Assembly (NCBI GenBank): GCA_965223845.1
Contig: CBDCXR010000004.1
Span: forward strand, 5,324,295-5,388,294
DNA: 64,000 nucleotides
Direction: 5' to 3'
Origin: Planctomycetota bacterium
GTDB taxonomy: Bacteria > Planctomycetota > UBA8108 > SXIK01
Part shown: in pieces, positions 19,465 to 29,829 of the stretch
How positions within the stretch are numbered: position 1 is the stretch's first letter
Layout of the letters: every line of letters begins with the position of its first letter
Notes under the pieces: model-generated
What the model was told of the DNA's origin: nothing
The model's database searches: none
The model's input: the letters and a program-made list of their open reading frames with translations, nothing else
Position numbers and translations under genes: made by a program

Positions 19465-20310
19465 ATGAATCGCATCTTATGTTCCGTGGTCGCCACACTA
19501 CCGATCGCCGCCCTCGCATCGTTCGCGGATGAAACGCGCTCGAACGCCGACGTCGTCGACGCCGAGCCGCTCGCCGAGGCCCACGCGCATAACGACTATT
19601 ACCATCCGCGGCCTTGCCTCGACGCGCTCGCCCACGGATTCACGAGCGTCGAAGCCGATATCTTCCTCGTCGACGGAGCGCTCCTCGTCGGGCACAGCCG
19701 CGACGAGCTCCGCCGCGACCGAACGCTCGAGCGTCTCTACCTCGATCCGCTGCGCGCTCGCGTCGCGCGCAACGGAGGGCGCGTCTTCAAGGACACGCCT
19801 TCGTTCACGCTGCTCATCGATCTCAAGTCGGAGGGAGAGACGACCTACCGTGCCCTCTCCCGCGTCCTCGCCGGCTACGCCGACATGCTGACGACGATTC
19901 GGGACGGCAAGGTCGAACGGAAGGCGGTGACCGTCGTAATCAGTGGCAACCGTCCCCACGCGGTCGTCGCGGCCGAGCGAGTGCGTTACTCGGGGATCGA
20001 CGGTCGGCTCCCCGATCTCGACGCGCCGAAGCCCGTCCATCTGATGCCACTCATCAGCGACCGCTGGACGAGCCACTTCAAGTGGCGCGGCGAGGGTGCG
20101 ATCTCGGCGGAAGAGAGGGCCAAGCTGCGGACACTCGTCCGGCGTGCACATGAGCGCGGCCAACGAATTCGTTTCTGGGCTACGGCCGATGTTCCCGCGA
20201 TGTGGGAAGAGCTCCTTGCGGCGGGTGTCGATCACATCAACACGGACGATCTCTGTGGACTGCAGCGCTTCCTCTTGAGCAAGAAGCGCAAGGGAGCCGC
20301 GACCAGATGA
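19465..20310 (+). CDS. PLC-like phosphodiesterase (PI-PLC X-domain family) with a signal peptide
   Basis: The HAHNDYYH motif is present. Start chosen at MNRILCSVVATLPIAALA. Confidence 0.55.
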   Translation: MNRILCSVVATLPIAALASFADETRSNADVVDAEPLAEAHAHNDYYHPRPCLDALAHGFTSVEADIFLVDGALLVGHSRDELRRDRTLERLYLDPLRARVARNGGRVFKDTPSFTLLIDLKSEGETTYRALSRVLAGYADMLTTIRDGKVERKAVTVVISGNRPHAVVAAERVRYSGIDGRLPDLDAPKPVHLMPLISDRWTSHFKWRGEGAISAEERAKLRTLVRRAHERGQRIRFWATADVPAMWEELLAAGVDHINTDDLCGLQRFLLSKKRKGAATR

Positions 20311-20568
20311 ACGAGCCGTCTTCCTCTAGAAACACCGCGCACCGGGTCGCTGATCGTAGGGTCGCTCGCTAGACATCGCCTCGTTCTTCGAGCGAGCCCG
20401 CCGGCTCCCTTCGCACTGCTGAACGGTGCCGATCGAGACGCACGCCGAACCTGATCCGCGATGAAGGTGTTCCCCTACTTCATTCGCTGAGACGCCAAAG
20501 TTGATGACGCTCCGTTCACGACCAAATCGATCCACCACGTACGGCGTCGAATTGGTATCTGGTGAGAC

Positions 20569-21084
20569 ATGCAGACTGAATCTTCCGACCTCGCTTCCTT
20601 CGATCCGTATTCGTTCGTCTCGTACGAGCACGAACGCGATCAGAGCAGTGTCATCGCCTTGATCGGCGCTTGCTACGGCGGATACGGACAAAAGCTCGAA
20701 CTCGAGACTCTCGACGACGACCTGCTTCGGATCCCGTCCGTTTATCCTCCCGGGCCGAACACGTTTCGCGTCCTCCGCGCGGGCGAACGGGTCGTCGGCA
20801 CCGTAGCGGTGAAGGCGCGAAGTGAGACAGAGGCGGAGCTCAAGCGAGTGTTTCTCGATCCCGATCTCCGCGGTCGCGGAACGGGAAAGCAGCTCGTCCT
20901 CTGGGCCGTGGACTGGGCGCGAACGCGCGGCTATAACGTCCTTCACATTTGGTCGGACGCGCTCTACGACACCGCGCACCGCCTCTACCGCCGCATCGGT
21001 GCGGTGGAAACGGGCGAGCAGCGCCATCTCGGCGGCATCAACAACGTCGACGAGCTCTACTTTCGCCTCGATCTTTCGCGGTAG
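20569..21084 (+). CDS. GNAT family N-acetyltransferase
   Basis: The segment RVFLDPDLRGRGTGKQLV is the acetyl-CoA binding motif A. Confidence 0.75.
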   Translation: MQTESSDLASFDPYSFVSYEHERDQSSVIALIGACYGGYGQKLELETLDDDLLRIPSVYPPGPNTFRVLRAGERVVGTVAVKARSETEAELKRVFLDPDLRGRGTGKQLVLWAVDWARTRGYNVLHIWSDALYDTAHRLYRRIGAVETGEQRHLGGINNVDELYFRLDLSR

Positions 21085-21137
21085 AGCTCCCGGGCGCGAT
21101 CACGAAGCCGCCGGCGCGAAGACGAGAGGTCGAGATC

Positions 21138-22175
21138 ATGGAACTCCACCGGACGTCCATTGGATCACTCCCGAGCGGTGACGAGGTGGAAGAATTCGCG
21201 ATCGCGTCGCCCTCCGGCGTCCGCATCCGCGTGATGAGCTTCGGCGCGATCTTGACCTCGGTCGAAACTCCGGACCGGGCCGGAAATCCGGGCGAGATCA
21301 CGCTCGGCTTCGACGGCCTCTCCGGCTACCTCGGAGAACACCCCTACTTCGGTGCAACCGTCGGCCGCTACGGGAACCGCATCGCGAGCGGAAAGTTTAC
21401 GCTCGAAGGTCGAGAGTACACGCTCGCGAGAAACAACGGTCCGAATCATTTGCACGGCGGGATCCGTGGCTTCGACAAGGTTCTCTGGTCCGCGAATCCA
21501 TCCGCGAACGACGGCAACGCTGCCGTCACGTTCTCTTACACGAGCCACGACGGTGAAGAGGGATACCCCGGCGCGCTCGCCACGGAAGTGACGTACCGCC
21601 TCACGCGGTCGGGCGAGCTCTCGTTCGAATACCGTGCGACGACCGATCGACCCACCCACGTCAATCTCACGAACCACGCGTACTGGAACCTCGCCGGAGC
21701 GGGATCGGGCGACGTGCTCTCACACGAGCTCACACTGAACGCTTCACGCTATTTACCGGTCGACGGCTCTCTCATCCCGACGGGCGAGCTCGCGGACGTT
21801 CGGGGAACGCCGATGGACTTCACCTCGCCGCACTCTATCGGCAGCCGCATCGCCGAAGTCGACGGCGGCTACGACCATTGCTACGTCGTCGACGGGACGA
21901 ACGGCGAGCTCCGACTTGCGGCGCACGCGAGTGACCCGTCCTCCGGCCGCACGATGGAAGTGTGGACTACGGAGCCCGGAATTCAGCTTTACACCGGCAA
22001 TTTCCTCGACGGGATTCGCGGCCGTTCCGGGGCCACGTACGAAAAGCAGCACGCGTTCTGTCTCGAGACTCAGCACTTTCCCGACTCGCCGAACCAGCAA
22101 CGGTTTCCCTCGACGCGGCTGGATCCCGCCTCGACGTTCGAGTCGAGGACCGTGCATCGCTTTGCGGCCGAGTAG
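21138..22175 (+). CDS. galM: Aldose 1-epimerase (galactose mutarotase)
   Basis: The segments GNRIASGKFTLEGREYTLARNNGPNHLHGG and HAYWNL are mutarotase motifs. Start at the internal ATG MELHRTSIG. Confidence 0.8.
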   Translation: MELHRTSIGSLPSGDEVEEFAIASPSGVRIRVMSFGAILTSVETPDRAGNPGEITLGFDGLSGYLGEHPYFGATVGRYGNRIASGKFTLEGREYTLARNNGPNHLHGGIRGFDKVLWSANPSANDGNAAVTFSYTSHDGEEGYPGALATEVTYRLTRSGELSFEYRATTDRPTHVNLTNHAYWNLAGAGSGDVLSHELTLNASRYLPVDGSLIPTGELADVRGTPMDFTSPHSIGSRIAEVDGGYDHCYVVDGTNGELRLAAHASDPSSGRTMEVWTTEPGIQLYTGNFLDGIRGRSGATYEKQHAFCLETQHFPDSPNQQRFPSTRLDPASTFESRTVHRFAAE

Positions 22176-22210
22176 ACCTTCGCGCGACGAACGAGGAGCG
22201 ATCGACAGCA

Positions 22211-23500
22211 ATGAAGCACTCTTTTCGGACGCGCCTGATTCCCCGCCGCAGCTTTCTCGCTCGCGCACTCGCGAGCGCCGGGCTCGCGAGCGGCGTTTCG
22301 GGCTGCGCCGGGCTCGGTCGGACAGAGTCGTCCGAACGCGCCGCGACGAAACCGAGCGGCGTCGACACCGATCCCGCCGAACCGATCCGAGGAAGCATTC
22401 GCGTCACGCGCCTCGAGACGATGCTCGTCGAGCCGCGCTGGCTCTTCCTCCGCATCCACACGGACGAGGGCATCACCGGCCTCGGCGAGCCGATCCTCGA
22501 GGGCCGCGCTCTCACGTGCGCAAAGGCCGTCGAGGAGATCGCGCCCTATCTCATCGGGAAGGATGCGCGGCGGATCGTCCACCACTGGCAAGCGATCTAT
22601 CGCCACGCGTTCTATCGCGGAGGGCCGATCCTCACGAGCGCGCTGAGCGGAGTCGAGCAGGCCCTCTGGGACATCAAAGGGAAGGCGCTCGGAATTCCCG
22701 TCCATGAATTCTTCGGTGGACCGACTCGCGATCGCGTTCGCCTCTACGCGGCGGTGAGCACGCCCGAAGACCTCCGCAAGAAACGAGCCGAGGGCTTCAC
22801 CGCGTTTAAGACGGGCGTCGACGGCGGTCGCGCAGTTCCGATCGTCGCGTCGCCGAAGTTCATCGCGAAAGCGACGGACTCCTTCGCCGCCCTCCGCGAT
22901 GCCGGCGGGCTCGAAGTCGACATCGGCATCGACTTTCACGGCGAGGTGAGCCCGCAGACGGCCAAGCTCCTCATCAAGGCGCTCGAACCCTATCAACCGA
23001 TGTTCATCGAAGAGCCGGTTCAGTGCCAGAACGTCGACGTGATGGCCGACATCGCTCGGTCGACACACCTTCCGATCGCGACGGGCGAACGCATCTTCAC
23101 GAAGTGGGGATTTCGCGAAATCCTCGAAAAGGGCGCGGCGAGCATCCTCCAGCCCGATCTGTGCCACGCCGGTGGCATCATGGAGGTTCGCCTCATCGCG
23201 GGAATGGCAGAGGCTTACTACGCCGCGGTCGCGCCGCACAATCCACTCGGTCCGATTTCGCTCGCCGCGGGGCTTCAACTCGCCGCGTCGATTCCAAACT
23301 TTCTCTGCCAAGAGCATCGATCCCTCGGTGAGGGCTATCTCAAGGAACCGTTCGTGCTTCGCGACGGATTCGTCGAGACGCCGAGGAAGCCGGGCCTCGG
23401 CGTCGAGCTCGACGACGACGCTCTCGCCGACAAGATCCCGCACGAGTGGCGAAACCTCGAAACCTACGATCCCGACGACGGCTCGGTGATCGATTGGTGA
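22211..23500 (+). CDS. Enolase-superfamily dehydratase (D-galactonate dehydratase / mandelate racemase-muconate lactonizing enzyme family) with a Tat/lipoprotein-like signal
   Basis: The N-terminal signal reads RRSFLARALASAGLASGVSGCAG. The enolase-superfamily segment is KGKALGIPVHEFFGGPTRDRVRLY. Confidence 0.7.
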   Translation: MKHSFRTRLIPRRSFLARALASAGLASGVSGCAGLGRTESSERAATKPSGVDTDPAEPIRGSIRVTRLETMLVEPRWLFLRIHTDEGITGLGEPILEGRALTCAKAVEEIAPYLIGKDARRIVHHWQAIYRHAFYRGGPILTSALSGVEQALWDIKGKALGIPVHEFFGGPTRDRVRLYAAVSTPEDLRKKRAEGFTAFKTGVDGGRAVPIVASPKFIAKATDSFAALRDAGGLEVDIGIDFHGEVSPQTAKLLIKALEPYQPMFIEEPVQCQNVDVMADIARSTHLPIATGERIFTKWGFREILEKGAASILQPDLCHAGGIMEVRLIAGMAEAYYAAVAPHNPLGPISLAAGLQLAASIPNFLCQEHRSLGEGYLKEPFVLRDGFVETPRKPGLGVELDDDALADKIPHEWRNLETYDPDDGSVIDW

Positions 23501-23589
23501 CGGCCTGGCGTCGCCGCGCGGTTTCTCGGTAGTATCGGCTTCCTATCAGAAGAGATGGTTCACCACGAAGGGCACGAAGGGCACGAAGG

Positions 23590-23652
<63 letters not shown>

Positions 23653-23654
23653 TT

Positions 23655-25568
23655 TTGTGGATGAGTGAGATTCAGAATGTGGCGGGATTTGGCCGGTATG
23701 GTTTGTTTGCCGGTACGTTCGACTTGAGGGTCGCTCGATCGTGTACACGGTTTCGCCCCGCCGTTGTTTGTTGCCTTCTTTTCACTGCCGCGCTCGCCCC
23801 GTCGTGTTCTGCTCCGCCGCCTCTCTCCGGTCCGCTGAAGACTCGCTGGGCTGAGAGCGCGCGCCGGTCGATCCCCCATCCCGAGTATCCGCGGCCGCAC
23901 TTCGTGCGCGAGGATTGGGAGAATCTGAACGGACGATGGCAGTTCGAGGTCGCGCGGCCCGGCGAGGCGCCGCCGTTCGGCCGCGATCTCGAGCGCGAAG
24001 TGCTCGTCCCCTTTCCGATCGAGTCCGCTCTCTCCGGCGTCAAAGAACACGCCGAGCGAGTGTGGTATCGGCGGGAGATCGACGTTCCGCGCTCCATGCG
24101 CCGCGGCGGACGCGTGATTCTTCACTTCGGTGCAGTCGACTGGGAGACGACGGTCTACGTCAATCGCCGTCTCGTCGGAACGCACCGCGGCGGCTACGAC
24201 AGCTTCTCGTTCGACATCGCGCCGTTCCTGAAGGGCGGGCGGAGGCAGGAGCTCGTTGTCGGCGTCTACGATCCCACCGACTCCGGTGAGCAACCGCGCG
24301 GCAAGCAGGCGCGGGAACCGAAGGGCATCTGGTACACGCCGACGACAGGAATCTGGCAGACGGTCTGGCTCGAGCCGCTCCCGAAGGCGAGTATCGCGAC
24401 GATCGAGATCGATCCCGATGTCGATGCCGGTACGGCTCGGATCCGCGTCCGCGGCGACGGAACCGATGCGTCGTACAGCGTCTTTGTCGTCGCTTCGGCC
24501 GGCGGCGAAGACCTTGTGAGCGCGACCGGACCGATCGGCGCGGAGCTCAACCTCCCACTCGAGAACCCGCGTCTCTGGTCGCCGGACGATCCGTTTCTTT
24601 ACGATTTGCGCGTTTCGCTCTTCGACGAGCAGCGCCGACCCGCCGATCGCGTCGACACCTACTTCGGCATGCGAAAGATCTCCATCGCGAAGGATGCGAA
24701 TGGAGTCTCGCGCGTGCATCTCAACGGTCGGTTCACGTTTCAGATCGGTCCACTCGACCAAGGATTCTGGCCCGCTGGTCTCTACACCGCCCCGGGTGAC
24801 GAGGCGATCCGCACGGACATCGAGACGATGAAGCGGCTCGGGTTCAATATGGTGAGAAAGCACGTCAAGATCGAACCCTCGCGCTGGTACTACTGGTGCG
24901 ATCGACTCGGCCTCCTCGTTTGGCAGGACATGCCGAACGGCGGCCCGCATATCGGCAAGGGAGAAGGCGAGGGCGAGCGGAGCGAGGAATCCGCGCGTCA
25001 GTTCGAGGCCGAGCTCGCCGCGCTCGTTCGCGGTCGTTCCGCTCACCCGTCGATCATCGCGTGGGTGATCTTCAACGAGGGCTGGGGACAGCACGCGACC
25101 GAACGACTCACCGCGCGCGTGCGCGCGCTCGACCCGTCGCGCCTGGTGACGAGTGCGAGCGGGTGGAACGATCTCGGAACGGGGGACGTCCACGACGTCC
25201 ACGCGTATCCCGGGCCCACCGCGCCCGAACCTAGTTCAAACGGCGGCGCCCGCGCCCTCGTCCTCGGCGAGTACGGCGGCTTCGGCCTGCCGATCGAAGG
25301 GCACACCTGGCAGCAGAAGGACAACTGGGGCTATCGAAACCTGTCCTCGCGCGAGGAGCTGCTCGCGGAGTACCTGCGACTCCTCGATGAGCTGCGGCCG
25401 CTCATCCAGAGCCCCGGGCTCAGCGCAGCGGTCTACACTCAGCTCACGGACGTCGAGATCGAAGTGAACGGCCTTCTCACCTACGATCGAGAACGGCTGA
25501 AAGTCGATGCCGATCGACTCGCGGCCGCACACGCCGAGCTGATTCGCGCAGCATCCGCGGCGCCGTAG
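23655..25568 (+). CDS. Glycoside hydrolase family 2 protein (beta-galactosidase/beta-glucuronidase-like), secreted
   Basis: The segments VYVNRRLVGTHRGGYDSFSFDI and WVIFNEGWGQ belong to the GH2 sugar-binding and TIM-barrel regions. A signal peptide is present. Confidence 0.7.
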   Translation: MWMSEIQNVAGFGRYGLFAGTFDLRVARSCTRFRPAVVCCLLFTAALAPSCSAPPPLSGPLKTRWAESARRSIPHPEYPRPHFVREDWENLNGRWQFEVARPGEAPPFGRDLEREVLVPFPIESALSGVKEHAERVWYRREIDVPRSMRRGGRVILHFGAVDWETTVYVNRRLVGTHRGGYDSFSFDIAPFLKGGRRQELVVGVYDPTDSGEQPRGKQAREPKGIWYTPTTGIWQTVWLEPLPKASIATIEIDPDVDAGTARIRVRGDGTDASYSVFVVASAGGEDLVSATGPIGAELNLPLENPRLWSPDDPFLYDLRVSLFDEQRRPADRVDTYFGMRKISIAKDANGVSRVHLNGRFTFQIGPLDQGFWPAGLYTAPGDEAIRTDIETMKRLGFNMVRKHVKIEPSRWYYWCDRLGLLVWQDMPNGGPHIGKGEGEGERSEESARQFEAELAALVRGRSAHPSIIAWVIFNEGWGQHATERLTARVRALDPSRLVTSASGWNDLGTGDVHDVHAYPGPTAPEPSSNGGARALVLGEYGGFGLPIEGHTWQQKDNWGYRNLSSREELLAEYLRLLDELRPLIQSPGLSAAVYTQLTDVEIEVNGLLTYDRERLKVDADRLAAAHAELIRAASAAP

Positions 25569-25734
25569 AGCAGAAACCCTACCGCCCCTAGCCGAAGCTC
25601 CGCCGGGTGTAGGCCTCGAGAGACGCCTGCGATAAAATGTCCAGATTCGTCGCGGCGGCGGTCGACCGCGCAGGCGGCGTCCGTCTTCTTCCGCAAACTC
25701 TTTCTCTCGATCGCGGCACCGGTCCGATCTTCCT

Positions 25735-27426
25735 ATGAGCGACACCACCACCCGACGTCTCAACAAGTTCAGCGCGACGATCACGCAAGCGAAATCGCAG
25801 GGCGCCTCGCAGGCCATGCTCTATGCGACCGGCCTCACCGAAGAGGACATGTCGAAGCCTCAAGTCGGGATCGCGAGCGTCTGGTACGAGGGGAACTCGT
25901 GCAATATGCACCTCCTCGACCTCGCGGCGGCCGTGAAAGAAGGAGTGAAAGCAGCCGGCCTCGTCGGGCTCCGGTTCAACACGATCGGAGTGAGCGACGG
26001 GATCTCGATGGGCACATCGGGGATGAGCTACTCGCTTCAGTCACGAGACCTGATCGCCGACTCGATCGAGACCGTGATGGAAGCGCAGTGGTACGATGCC
26101 TGCATCACTCTTCCCGGCTGCGACAAAAACATGCCCGGCTGCCTCATCGCGATGGGTCGAGTGAATCGTCCGTCGCTCATGGTCTACGGCGGCACGATCA
26201 AGCCTGGGCGCCGGGGCGATGACAAGCTCGACATCGTTTCCGCGTTCCAGTGCTACGGCGAGTTCATCGCCGGACACATCGACGAAAGTGAGCGGCGCGC
26301 GATTGTCCGTCAGAGTTGTCCCGGTGCGGGCGCCTGTGGCGGAATGTACACGGCGAACACGATGGCGTCGGCGATCGAGGCCATGGGGATGTCGCTTCCT
26401 TACAGCTCGTCGATTCCCGCGGAGGACGAAGGAAAGCTCGAGGAATGCGTTCGCGCCGGCGAGGCGATCCGCCGCCTACTCGAGCTCGATCTGAAACCGC
26501 GCGACATCATGACGCGCGAGGCCTTCGAGAACGCCCTCGCCGTCGTCATGGTGCTCGGCGGATCGACGAACGCGGTGCTCCATCTCATCGCGATGGCGCG
26601 CGCGGTGGGAGTCGAGCTCACGATCGACGACTTTCAGTCGGCGAGCGATCGCATCCCGTTTCTCGCGGATCTGAAGCCGAGCGGACGCTACGTTCAGGAA
26701 GATCTTCACCACGTCGGTGGACTCCCCGCCGTGCTCAAGATGCTCCTCGCGGAAGGCTTGGTTCACGGGGACTGCATGACGGTCACGGGAAAGACCCTCG
26801 CCGAGAACATCGCGGATCTCCCGGGATTCGATGAGGGGCAGGACGTCGTTCGTCCGCTCTCGAATCCCATCAAGCCGACGGGACACATCCAGATCCTCAA
26901 GGGCTCCCTCGCACCGGAAGGTGCCGTCGCGAAGATCACCGGTAAGGAGGGTGAGACATTCAGCGGTCCGGCCCGCGTGTACGACTCCGAAGAGGAGATG
27001 CTCGCTGCTCTCGAGCGGCACGAAATCGAGAAGGGCGACGTCGTCGTGATCCGCTACGAAGGTCCCCAGGGAGGACCCGGCATGCCGGAGATGCTGACCC
27101 CCACCTCCGCGATCATGGGCGCGGGTCTCGGCGCGCATGTCGCGCTCATTACCGACGGACGATTCTCCGGCGGCTCGCACGGATTCATCGTCGGTCACGT
27201 GACTCCCGAAGCCCAGGTAGGCGGCCCGATCGCACTCCTTCGCGACGGAGACGCGATTACGATCGACGCCAAAGAGAATCGTCTCGAAGTCGAACTCGAT
27301 GCGGCGGAGCTCGCGCGGCGACGGTCCGAGTGGACTGCCCCGCCTCTCAAGGCGACGCGCGGCACTCTCTACAAGTACATCCGCCGCGTGAAATCCGCCT
27401 CGGAAGGCTGCGTGACGGACGAATGA
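25735..27426 (+). CDS. ilvD: Dihydroxy-acid dehydratase
   Basis: The Fe-S site CDKNMPG and the segment [11 protein letters not shown] are present. The protein is 563 aa. Confidence 0.9.
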   Translation: MSDTTTRRLNKFSATITQAKSQGASQAMLYATGLTEEDMSKPQVGIASVWYEGNSCNMHLLDLAAAVKEGVKAAGLVGLRFNTIGVSDGISMGTSGMSYSLQSRDLIADSIETVMEAQWYDACITLPGCDKNMPGCLIAMGRVNRPSLMVYGGTIKPGRRGDDKLDIVSAFQCYGEFIAGHIDESERRAIVRQSCPGAGACGGMYTANTMASAIEAMGMSLPYSSSIPAEDEGKLEECVRAGEAIRRLLELDLKPRDIMTREAFENALAVVMVLGGSTNAVLHLIAMARAVGVELTIDDFQSASDRIPFLADLKPSGRYVQEDLHHVGGLPAVLKMLLAEGLVHGDCMTVTGKTLAENIADLPGFDEGQDVVRPLSNPIKPTGHIQILKGSLAPEGAVAKITGKEGETFSGPARVYDSEEEMLAALERHEIEKGDVVVIRYEGPQGGPGMPEMLTPTSAIMGAGLGAHVALITDGRFSGGSHGFIVGHVTPEAQVGGPIALLRDGDAITIDAKENRLEVELDAAELARRRSEWTAPPLKATRGTLYKYIRRVKSASEGCVTDE

Positions 27427-27493
27427 AGCGGTGCTTCCCGTTTGTCCGTAAGACGATAGGCGTCGGGAAGAGCCTCGAGTCGGAACGACGAAC

Positions 27494-28453
27494 ATGAAGC
27501 GAGCGCGAGTCCTGATCCCGCGACCGATCGCGCCGATCGGAATCGAGCTGCTATCGCGGGAGTGCGATTGCATCGCGCCGTGGATGACGGGCGAGGTGTG
27601 GACGGATGAACGAATTCGCGACGAGCTCCGCGACGTCGATGCGATCGTCGTCCGCATCTTCGAGCTCCGTGCGGAAGACATCGACTCCGCGCCGCGGCTC
27701 AAGGTGATCGCGAAGCACGGCGTCGGTGTGGACAACATCGATTGCTCGGCCGCCGCGCGGCGCGGGATTCCCGTGGTCATCACTCCGGGTGCCAATTCGA
27801 ACGCGGTGGCCGAGCACACGCTCGCGCTCATCTTCGCGCTCGCGCGCCAAACGCTCGCGGCCGACGCGATCACGCGCGAAGGTCGATTCGACGAACGAGA
27901 TTCGTTCGCGGGCGTCGAGCTCGCCGGAAAGACCGTCGGCGTCGTCGGGTTCGGTCGCATCGGATCGCGTGTCGCCGCGAAAGTGGAGCGCGGACTCGGC
28001 ATGCGGGCGGTCGCCTATGATCCGCCTCTCGTCCAGTCGGGTCGGGCGCCGGACCGCGAGTTCGCCCCGACGCTCGACGATGTCGCCGCGAGCGCTGACT
28101 TTCTCTCACTCCACGTTCCCCTCACGCCGGACACCCAGCATCTGGTCGATCGCGAAGTGCTCGAACGTCTCGGCCCGGACGCGTTTCTCATCAACACGTC
28201 GCGCGGAAGCGTCGTCGACGAGCGAGCACTCGTCGGCGCGCTCGAAAGCGGACAGATTCGCGGCGCGGCGCTCGACGTCTTTGAAACCGAGCCGTTGCCA
28301 GCCGACCACCCACTTTGCGGCGCGCCGCGAACACTTCTTTCGCCGCATGTCGCCGCGGCAACGTCGGAATCACGCGTGGCGATGGCGCGGATGGTAGCGG
28401 AGGGGGTTCTCGCTGCCCTTCGAGGCGAAGCTCCGCCGCACGTAGCGGAGTAA
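27494..28453 (+). CDS. D-isomer specific 2-hydroxyacid dehydrogenase (phosphoglycerate dehydrogenase-like)
   Basis: The NAD-binding segment is GKTVGVVGFGRIGSRVA. Catalytic R/E/H positions are conserved. Confidence 0.8.
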   Translation: MKRARVLIPRPIAPIGIELLSRECDCIAPWMTGEVWTDERIRDELRDVDAIVVRIFELRAEDIDSAPRLKVIAKHGVGVDNIDCSAAARRGIPVVITPGANSNAVAEHTLALIFALARQTLAADAITREGRFDERDSFAGVELAGKTVGVVGFGRIGSRVAAKVERGLGMRAVAYDPPLVQSGRAPDREFAPTLDDVAASADFLSLHVPLTPDTQHLVDREVLERLGPDAFLINTSRGSVVDERALVGALESGQIRGAALDVFETEPLPADHPLCGAPRTLLSPHVAAATSESRVAMARMVAEGVLAALRGEAPPHVAE

Positions 28454-28456
28454 GCG

Positions 28457-29215
28457 ATGACTACGCTCACTTTCCTCGGAACGGGAAACGCGTTCAACGA
28501 GGACGGATACTTCTCCACCGCAGTGTGGATCGAGACCGAACGCCGGGAGAACGTTCTGGTCGATGCGGGACCGACGACGCTCGCGGCGATGCGCCGCGCC
28601 GAAGTCGACCCCGACGCGGTCGACGCCGTCTTCATCACACATCTCCACGGCGATCACATCGCGGGCTGGCCGTTTCTCGTCTTGGATCTCGCGCTGCGCG
28701 CTCGGCGGGAACGACCGCTCGACGTCTATGGGCCGATCGGAACCCAAGCCGCTCTCGATGCGCTCGCCCACGTCTCGTACGGCGATGCGATCGCACCCCC
28801 GCGCGCCGCGTTCGAGACTCGCTTTCACGAGCTCGACGTCGAGTCCCGCGATGATGATCGCGTGTTCGACTCGCTCGCATTCGCTGTCGTTCCGGTCGAG
28901 CATCACCCGAGCTCGCTCGGATACTTGCTTTCGACGGGAGGACATCGGATCGGAATCACCGGCGACACGGGCTGGTGCTCAGGGCTCGAGGAGCTCGCGC
29001 AGAGGAGCTCACTCCTCGTCGCCGAGTGCACCACGGTGGACGAAACGGCGGCCGCTCATCTCTCTCTCGCGGAGTTTCGCGCGCGGCGCGGAGCGCTCTC
29101 CGTCGAGCGGATCGTCCTCGTTCACACGAACGGCGCCGTCCGGTCCTCTCTCCGCGGAGAGGCGATCCCTGGGGTGGTGACGGTTACGGACGGCGAGGTG
29201 ATGGTTCTCGCGTAG
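28457..29215 (+). CDS. MBL-fold metallo-hydrolase
   Basis: The HxHxDH motif ITHLHGDHIAG is present. Confidence 0.75.
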   Translation: MTTLTFLGTGNAFNEDGYFSTAVWIETERRENVLVDAGPTTLAAMRRAEVDPDAVDAVFITHLHGDHIAGWPFLVLDLALRARRERPLDVYGPIGTQAALDALAHVSYGDAIAPPRAAFETRFHELDVESRDDDRVFDSLAFAVVPVEHHPSSLGYLLSTGGHRIGITGDTGWCSGLEELAQRSSLLVAECTTVDETAAAHLSLAEFRARRGALSVERIVLVHTNGAVRSSLRGEAIPGVVTVTDGEVMVLA

Positions 29216-29760
29216 TGCGCGGACTCGATGGCGGGTGAGAGAGGGAGACGGGAAGAAGAAAGAAGAGAAGAGGAGTTTGTCGGGAACGGGAACGGGAAAA
29301 AAGAAGAGCCGACAGGCACGAGACCTGTCGGCTCTTGGCAATCCGATCCCTTCGGGGGGAGGAGGAGGGACCAGAAGGCGGAGGAGTGAGGGCCGAGGAG
29401 CGGGGAGAGGGAGGGGAGAGAGGGGGAGGTGAAGGGAACCAGCGGCGAGCCGCTGGTTCGGGTCGGCCCTCGAGAGTTGGGAGAGAGGGGAGGGGTGGAA
29501 TGTGCTGAGGAGGGGCGGGCCTCGCTGCCGCGGAGGACAGGCGCCCGGCGGAGGGAAGGGACCCGGGAGCCGACGGGTGAGGAAGGGCCGTCGGCTCCCG
29601 TGAGGGGGGTCCCCTCGAGTGAGGGAGGGAGAGAGAGCAGCGGTGCTGCGGGGCGGTCGAACGACCGAGGAGGGAGGTGATCGTCCGGCCGCAGAGGGTT
29701 TCGGGAGGTTTCGGGTCAGATTTCCTTCGCCGGGGGTCAGCCGGCTCGGGGGGAAAAGCA
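29216..29760 (+). repeat. Purine-rich (GA/GGA-rich on the + strand) non-coding tract of about 540 bp. It contains at least four perfect hairpins: 29306-29334, 29446-29469, 29565-29599 and 29602-29616.
   Basis: Read directly. The strand is very strongly purine-biased on +. The hairpins GAGCCGACAGG/CCTGTCGGCTC and GGGAGCCGACGG/CCGTCGGCTCCC share a core. There is no credible ORF. The only ORF is an antisense Pro-rich artefact. Confidence 0.6.
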
Positions 29761-29798
29761 CCGTGCGTGCCGAAGCGCCCGACCCGCCCCCGAAGACA

Positions 29799-29829
29799 CC
29801 TTAAGTTATTTACATGAAATATCTTAAGG
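29799..29829. promoter_or_regulatory. AT-rich island with the inverted repeat CCTTAAG-N17(AT-rich)-CTTAAGG. It is a candidate promoter or operator for the flotillin module.
   Basis: ccttaagttatttacatgaaatatcttaagg is about 80% AT, embedded in sequence of about 68% GC. It lies about 415 bp upstream of the yqiJ-like start. Confidence 0.4.

Noticed and set aside
29009-29761. 250-aa Pro-rich minus-strand ORF spanning the purine-rich tract
   Set aside because: It arises solely because the complement of the GA/GGA tract is CT/CCT, giving P/S/L codons. It has no start context and is low-complexity.
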